A stretch of 64,000 nt of DNA, from positions 17,458 through 81,457 of IMG/VR virus record IMGVR_UViG_3300042945_001831; one strand, written 5' to 3'. Origin of the DNA: a virus. Shown here in pieces: positions 59,049 to 64,000 of this stretch (its first letter is position 1; each line of letters starts with the position of its first letter). A program made the position numbers and the translations under genes. The notes beneath the pieces were generated by a model, which saw only the letters and a list, made by a program, of their open reading frames with translations, did no database searches and was not told the origin of the DNA.

Positions 59049-60074
59049 ATGGCACTTTGGGGTATTTCAACATCTTCAGAAACTGCGGCAAATAATTACG
59101 CTATTCCAAAATTTCAAAAAGAAACGGACCGTAACACGAGCCCTTGGAATACTTTTGCAGATGTTCGTGGTTGGATTCAAAGAAGATACAAAACTAAAGA
59201 GAATTCAGGAATTTCCACTCGTTATTTTGATGAAGTTTTAGTTCCAGTTGTTGGAATTAATAGTACTAATACTGGTGGAACTACTGGTCTTGGTACTGCT
59301 GGTCCAGTTGCAGTTTTCTTCGAAGATCCTAATCAGGCATCACCAATTTCTATTGGTGGTGGTGCAACTACCGGTATTTCTACAAATACTACTGGTTATG
59401 TTCATGTTGTGTTTAATGAACTTGTTTTTGCTGGTGCTGGCGCAACAGTTAGAATTCGTACTTTTGATGCAAATAATGCTAATGAATCGACAGCAATTAT
59501 TGGATATGCCGTATCGAATACTGGCACTCAATATGCTTGGGCAGGACCTGCTACCAATCATGGATCACCAAATGTATACACAGGATATAATGGTCAGATT
59601 ACAAATAGAGTAGCATTTGCATTTACTTCACCAAGTTCAGTTCTGACTGCACAAGTTAATTTCTTAACATCTGCAACTTCGGCGGGTCAAACTGTTGCAA
59701 TTGGTGGAACAAATATTTGGGTTGATTCTGTGGCAAATGTTGCTGTGGGAAGTTCATTGACAATTACTGGAAAACTTACCAATGTTCCTGTTGTTTCAAT
59801 TGGTGATACTTTTGTAAGAATTGGAAGTGGAAGCACAATTGGCACGACAATTACTGCAGGAATTGCTGCTACTTTTAGTACAAGAACTAATGCTACTAAA
59901 TTGTTTATTGACGTTCCGAGTGGATTTGTTGGCGTCATTACCGATGGTTCAAATGGCGTTGGAGTAATCAGCTCATTTACGTCACAATTTGGGGATATTC
60001 TTCTTCGTAATGTTGCCGGTGCTGGAACAACTTCTGGGGTTGGACTCGGAACTACTACATTGACCGTTAGATAA
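59049..60074 (+). CDS. Virion structural protein (MALWG family)
   Basis: MALWG start, FADVRGW and VHVVFNELV; late promoter upstream. Confidence 0.7.
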   Translation: MALWGISTSSETAANNYAIPKFQKETDRNTSPWNTFADVRGWIQRRYKTKENSGISTRYFDEVLVPVVGINSTNTGGTTGLGTAGPVAVFFEDPNQASPISIGGGATTGISTNTTGYVHVVFNELVFAGAGATVRIRTFDANNANESTAIIGYAVSNTGTQYAWAGPATNHGSPNVYTGYNGQITNRVAFAFTSPSSVLTAQVNFLTSATSAGQTVAIGGTNIWVDSVANVAVGSSLTITGKLTNVPVVSIGDTFVRIGSGSTIGTTITAGIAATFSTRTNATKLFIDVPSGFVGVITDGSNGVGVISSFTSQFGDILLRNVAGAGTTSGVGLGTTTLTVR

Positions 60075-60081
60075 AAATTAA

Positions 60082-60453
60082 ATGAAGTTTGATGAATTGA
60101 GTGAAGAAAACTATATAATGTTTGCTATTAAACATTATGAAAATCCTCAAGCTGTAACGCAAGAGGATTTTTTTGAAGATATGAAAAGATTTAAATGGAT
60201 TAAACGATTATTAAATAAGTATAAAAATACTGGTGATTTGAATATTCATTTAACTATTAATCATTTTATTGTTTTGTATAATATTTTTGGAGAAGCAACT
60301 ACTCCTCTATTATTTTTTAAAATTGATAAAAATCTTTGGAGTGTGCTAAAAACATTTATTGTTTATCTTGGTAGAATTCCTGAATATCCAAAAACAGCAT
60401 TAAATGATATACCTATTGATGAAAAATGTTTTAATATACTCAAATCACTTTAA
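60082..60453 (+). CDS. Conserved hypothetical protein
   Basis: FAIKHYENP, DMKRFKWIKRLL and NHFIVLYNIFG. Confidence 0.85.
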   Translation: MKFDELSEENYIMFAIKHYENPQAVTQEDFFEDMKRFKWIKRLLNKYKNTGDLNIHLTINHFIVLYNIFGEATTPLLFFKIDKNLWSVLKTFIVYLGRIPEYPKTALNDIPIDEKCFNILKSL

Positions 60454-60668
60454 TGAAAAATAAAAGTCTTCAAAAAATTATTAATATTATTCGCTCCCTT
60501 CATGAAGAAAGTGGAGGTGGTGCTCCAACAAACAGTCTTATTGGAGGAAATATTGCAGGAACAAAAGAAGCAGGTGATGATCCTCCAGTAAGAAAGAAAA
60601 AAAATTATATCTACGGCACAGGATTCCGTAAAAATTGGATGCAAAAAAGAAATACACCACAAAACTAA
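60453..60668 (+). CDS. Small conserved hypothetical protein
   Basis: TAATG coupling; LHEE.GGGAPTN...IAG...DPPVRKKK. Confidence 0.7.
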   Translation: MKNKSLQKIINIIRSLHEESGGGAPTNSLIGGNIAGTKEAGDDPPVRKKKNYIYGTGFRKNWMQKRNTPQN

Positions 60669-60745
60669 TTAAAATAAATAATAATATATTGATTTATTAA
60701 ATTCGTTTCGTGATTTGGAAACGTAAATCAATCCTTTCGTCTAAA

Positions 60746-61186
60746 ATGTTTAATAACGCAACTGCCGATACAAAAATTGCTGTGTTAGAAGAAAGATTGT
60801 CATCATATGAACTTATGATGAAAAAGATTGATGAAGCGATTCAATTGATGGGCAAAACCAGTCAAAACATAAGTAAGATGCTTGCTGTTCATGATGAAAG
60901 AATTGAACAATGCCATAAAACTGACGACTTAATTACTAAATTGATTGATGAAGTAAGAGAACAGAACAAAGAACAATGTGATAATATATCAGAAAGAATT
61001 GATGATCTTGAGAAAGAAGTTTCTGATGTTTCGAAAATTAAGTGGATGACTGCAGGTTGTGGTGTTCTTTTAGTTGTTTTAATTGGAGCATTTGCTTCTC
61101 TCTTGTCAGGTTGGTGGACACCATCAGAAATGCAAATACAACGTCAAGGACACCTACATCGACAAAACGTTCCGGCTAACAATTGA
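60746..61186 (+). CDS. Coiled-coil protein with C-terminal transmembrane helix
   Basis: KIAVLEERL, MLAVHDERI and TM segment WMTAGCGVLLVVLIGAFASLL. Confidence 0.75.
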   Translation: MFNNATADTKIAVLEERLSSYELMMKKIDEAIQLMGKTSQNISKMLAVHDERIEQCHKTDDLITKLIDEVREQNKEQCDNISERIDDLEKEVSDVSKIKWMTAGCGVLLVVLIGAFASLLSGWWTPSEMQIQRQGHLHRQNVPANN

Positions 61187-61211
61187 CAAGAAGATAATTC
61201 TTTAGTAGGAT
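61183..61211 (+). promoter_or_regulatory. sigma70-type early promoter (TTGACA-17-TAGGAT)
   Basis: Read directly, upstream of the primase. Confidence 0.7.
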
Positions 61212-61234
61212 GATAGTCCTGAATATCTTTTGTG

Positions 61235-62236
61235 ATGAGTTATATTGATTCCAAATATATCGGGTTGGTTTCTTCCCGACTGGATAAGTTCGCCAAGAAA
61301 AAAGAAGGTCTTTATAACTTTAGATGTCCTTATTGTGGCGATAGTCAAAAGACAAAGAGCAAGGCAAGGGGGTATATTTATCAATTAAAGAACGATCATA
61401 ATTTCAAATGTCATAATTGTGGGACTTCCAGAACACTTACAAATTTTTTAAAAGATATGGATACTGTTCTTTATGATCAGTATGTGATGGAAAGATATAG
61501 AGAGGGAACTACCGGAAAAAGATCTCAAACAAAGAATCCAGAATTTAATTTTGAGAAACCAAATTTTTCAAAAAAGTCATTTAACCTTCCTACTATCGCA
61601 GAACTAAATAAAGAACACTTCGCAAGAAAATATTTAGAAGATAGAAAAATACCCAATAACTATCTGTGTGAATTGTATTTCTGTGAAAAGTTTAAAGAAT
61701 GGACGAATACTCAAAAACATACCTTTGATAAAATAGAAAAAGATGAACCACGAATCATTATTCCTTTAATCAATAAAGGAGAAATATTTGGATTTCAAGG
61801 TCGCAGTTTAAATAAAAAATCAAAGGTAAAATACATCACAATTATTCTTAATGATGCACATCCAAAAATTTATAATTTGGATAAACCAGATTATGATAAA
61901 ATTGTTTATGTTGTTGAAGGGCCAATTGATAGTATGTTTTTAGATAATTCAATTGCTATGGTTGGTGCGGATATTGATAAAATGTTTTTTTTATCTAACT
62001 TTGAAATAGAATTTGTGATGGTTTATGATAATGAAAAACGAAATAAACAAATTGTTGATAGGATGGAAAAAGCAATAGAAATGCGACTTCCAATCGTCAT
62101 TTGGCCAAATGACTTGAAAGAAAAAGATATCAATGATATGATCCTTTCAGGAATTGATGCCCAAAAAATCATCAAGGAAAATACTTATATGGGACTAGAA
62201 GCAAAAGCAAAACTTATTGGATGGAAACGAGTATGA
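61235..62236 (+). CDS. gp61: DNA primase
   Basis: NFRCPYCGDS, FKCHNCG, GFQGR, VEGPIDSMF and KDINDM. Confidence 0.96.
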   Translation: MSYIDSKYIGLVSSRLDKFAKKKEGLYNFRCPYCGDSQKTKSKARGYIYQLKNDHNFKCHNCGTSRTLTNFLKDMDTVLYDQYVMERYREGTTGKRSQTKNPEFNFEKPNFSKKSFNLPTIAELNKEHFARKYLEDRKIPNNYLCELYFCEKFKEWTNTQKHTFDKIEKDEPRIIIPLINKGEIFGFQGRSLNKKSKVKYITIILNDAHPKIYNLDKPDYDKIVYVVEGPIDSMFLDNSIAMVGADIDKMFFLSNFEIEFVMVYDNEKRNKQIVDRMEKAIEMRLPIVIWPNDLKEKDINDMILSGIDAQKIIKENTYMGLEAKAKLIGWKRV

Positions 62237-63918
62237 GCAACGGTACAAAGGTAATTAAAAGAAGTGGTGATAATGAACCTCTTGATCTGAATAAACTTCA
62301 CTTGATGGTTGAAGAATCATGTAGGGATCTTTCCGGCGTTTCTGCATCACAGGTTGAAATGCAATCCGGTATTCAATTTTATGATGGAATTACCACAGCA
62401 GAAATTCAAGAGATTTTGATTCGCTCTGCTTCTGATTTGATTGATTTGGATAATCCAAATTATCAATTTGTTGCAGCAAGGCTACTTTTGTTTTCTATAA
62501 GAAAATCTTTGTATGGAAGAGTTCAAGATCATCCTATTTTTATAAACCACATTAAAAATTGTGTTAATGTTGGAGTATATGATCCAGAAATTTTAACCAA
62601 TTATACAGAAGAAGAAATTGATAAACTTGGTAATTATATTAAACATAGTAGAGATTATCTTTTTACCTATGCTGGTCTTCGTCAAGTAGTTGATAAGTAT
62701 CTTGTTCAAGATCGCAGTAGTGGAAAAGTATATGAAACTCCTCAGTTCATGTACATGATGATTGCTGCTACTATTTTTGCTAGATATCCAAAAGAAACTA
62801 GAATTTCTTATATTAAAAGATACTACGACGCAATCTCAAAGCACAAAATTAATATTCCTACTCCGATTATGGCAGGAGTTAGAACACCACTTAGACAATT
62901 TGCGTCTTGTGTTCTCATTGATGTTGATGATACTCTCGATAGCATCTTTAGTTCTGATATGTCTATCGGCAGATATGTTGCACAAAGGGCGGGAATTGGT
63001 ATCAATTCGGGTCGAATCCGTGGCATCAACAGTAAAATCAGAGGCGGTGAAGTTGTCCACACAGGTGTTATTCCTTTCCTTAAAAAGTTTGAATCAACTG
63101 TACGTTGTTGTACTCAAAATGGTATTCGTGGCGGATCAGCAACTGTACACTTCCCAATTTGGCACCAAGAAATAGAGGATATTATCGTATTAAAAAATAA
63201 TAAAGGAACCGAAGATAACCGTGTTCGTAAGTTAGACTACAGTATCCAAATCAGCAAAATTTTCTATGAACGATTCATTCAAAACGGAGAAATCACACTC
63301 TTCTCTCCACACGACGTTCCTGGTCTTTATGATGCTTTTGGCACTGATCGATTTGACGACCTTTATGTGGGTTATGAACGAGATGGATCTATTCCAAGAA
63401 AAACTATTGGCGCTCAAGAACTCTTTCTAAATCTCCTGAAAGAACGTGCTGAAACTGGTCGTATTTACATTATGAATATCGACCATTGCAATTCTCACTC
63501 TTCCTTTATGGATAAGGTTGAGATGAGTAACCTTTGTGTTGCTGGTGATACTCAAATTAAAATCAAGTATCCAGAATCTGTTGGAGACCAATATGGTGTT
63601 TGGTATTGGAATGTTCTTGAAAAAGAAATTCAAATAGAAGACCTAGAAGATTATATTATTATGAGGCAGTGTGAAATGTATGACTCAAATTCCCCTCAGA
63701 TTGAAGTTCTTTCTTATAATACAGAAACTAATCAACAAGAATGGGCACAAATTACTAATTTTGCCGAAACATCACCAAAAGCAAAGGTTATGAAAATTAC
63801 TGATGAAGAAAGTGGTAAGAGTATTGTAGTGACACCAGAGCACAAAGTATTCACAAAAAATCGTGGATATGTAATGGCAAAAGACCTAACCGAAACTGAT
63901 GAATTGGTAATCAACTAA
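62233..63918 (+). CDS. nrdA: Ribonucleotide reductase class Ia alpha subunit, N-terminal part fused to an N-intein half
   Basis: ATP cone, PTPIMAG, QFASCVL and QNGIRGGS. RNR sequence stops at EMSNL, just before the catalytic Cys. Confidence 0.93.
   Translation: MSNGTKVIKRSGDNEPLDLNKLHLMVEESCRDLSGVSASQVEMQSGIQFYDGITTAEIQEILIRSASDLIDLDNPNYQFVAARLLLFSIRKSLYGRVQDHPIFINHIKNCVNVGVYDPEILTNYTEEEIDKLGNYIKHSRDYLFTYAGLRQVVDKYLVQDRSSGKVYETPQFMYMMIAATIFARYPKETRISYIKRYYDAISKHKINIPTPIMAGVRTPLRQFASCVLIDVDDTLDSIFSSDMSIGRYVAQRAGIGINSGRIRGINSKIRGGEVVHTGVIPFLKKFESTVRCCTQNGIRGGSATVHFPIWHQEIEDIIVLKNNKGTEDNRVRKLDYSIQISKIFYERFIQNGEITLFSPHDVPGLYDAFGTDRFDDLYVGYERDGSIPRKTIGAQELFLNLLKERAETGRIYIMNIDHCNSHSSFMDKVEMSNLCVAGDTQIKIKYPESVGDQYGVWYWNVLEKEIQIEDLEDYIIMRQCEMYDSNSPQIEVLSYNTETNQQEWAQITNFAETSPKAKVMKITDEESGKSIVVTPEHKVFTKNRGYVMAKDLTETDELVIN
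63535..63918 (+). mobile_element. Split intein, N-terminal half (127 aa)
   Basis: Block A CVAGDTQI, block B SIVVTPEHKVFT, then GYVMAKDLTETDELV and TAA. No C-terminal HN motif. Confidence 0.85.
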
Positions 63919-63922
63919 TATG

Positions 63923-63976
63923 ATAGGAAGTGTAATTTCCATATCTTATAAATAGTTATGAGATTACACTTCCTAT
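63923..63976 (+). promoter_or_regulatory. 14-bp inverted repeat enclosing late promoter TATAAATA (63947-63954)
   Basis: ATAGGAAGTGTAAT ... ATTACACTTCCTAT, ending 1 nt before ATG 63978. Confidence 0.85.
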
Positions 63977-63977
63977 A

Positions 63978-64000
63978 ATGAAAACATATATTGTTTATAA
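63978..64000 (+). CDS. Start of next ORF (MKTYIVY...), probably a homing endonuclease; truncated by the window
   Basis: Only 7 codons are visible. They resemble GIY-YIG N-termini, and the context fits. Confidence 0.4.

Noticed and set aside
858-63914. All other minus-strand ORFs in the track
   Set aside because: They are short, lie antisense to well-supported genes and have no recognisable motifs.
63913-64000. Gene 60-like ribosomal bypass over the nrdA stop and hairpin
   Set aside because: The only matching AAC landing codon in the visible downstream sequence (63983) leads to a stop within five codons. The split-intein reading explains the sequence better.
1-64000. CRISPR array, tRNA, rRNA, photosynthesis genes
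   Set aside because: Intergenic gaps are about 100 nt or less and show no repeat-spacer pattern or cloverleaf. No psbA, psbD, hli or talC-like ORF was recognised.

Overview
This is a 64 kb fragment of an AT-rich T4-like myovirus. Gene order and protein motifs are typical of cyanomyoviruses (Kyanoviridae-like), and all credible genes are on the + strand. The left part is the late morphogenesis block: gp7-like baseplate (truncated at the left edge), gp8, a VrlC-like protein, neck gp13/14, gp15, terminase gp16/17, sheath gp18, tube gp19, portal gp20, protease gp21, scaffold gp22, capsid gp23 and gp3. The middle is the replication block: uvsY, uvsW, gp55, gp47/46, gp45/44/62, Dam, regA, hsp20, gp43, uvsX, a 2OG oxygenase, gp41 and mazG. 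An accessory region follows (51-61 kb), then primase gp61 and nrdA. Main points of interest: (1) nrdA is broken at its catalytic cysteine by an N-terminal intein half that ends in a stop codon and is followed by a probable endonuclease start, i.e. a fractured gene with a split intein. (2) Three putative nuclease genes each have a late promoter enclosed by an inverted repeat that would mask their leader, and one has a candidate upstream small RNA complementary to the mRNA 5' end. (3) A 29-codon remnant of a foreign terminase gene suggests a transplanted cassette. (4) Several genes look like protease-processed internal head proteins. (5) A perfect antisense sigma70 promoter lies near uvsW. I saw no tRNA, rRNA or CRISPR array. 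All product calls come from motif recognition and synteny; no database search was run.
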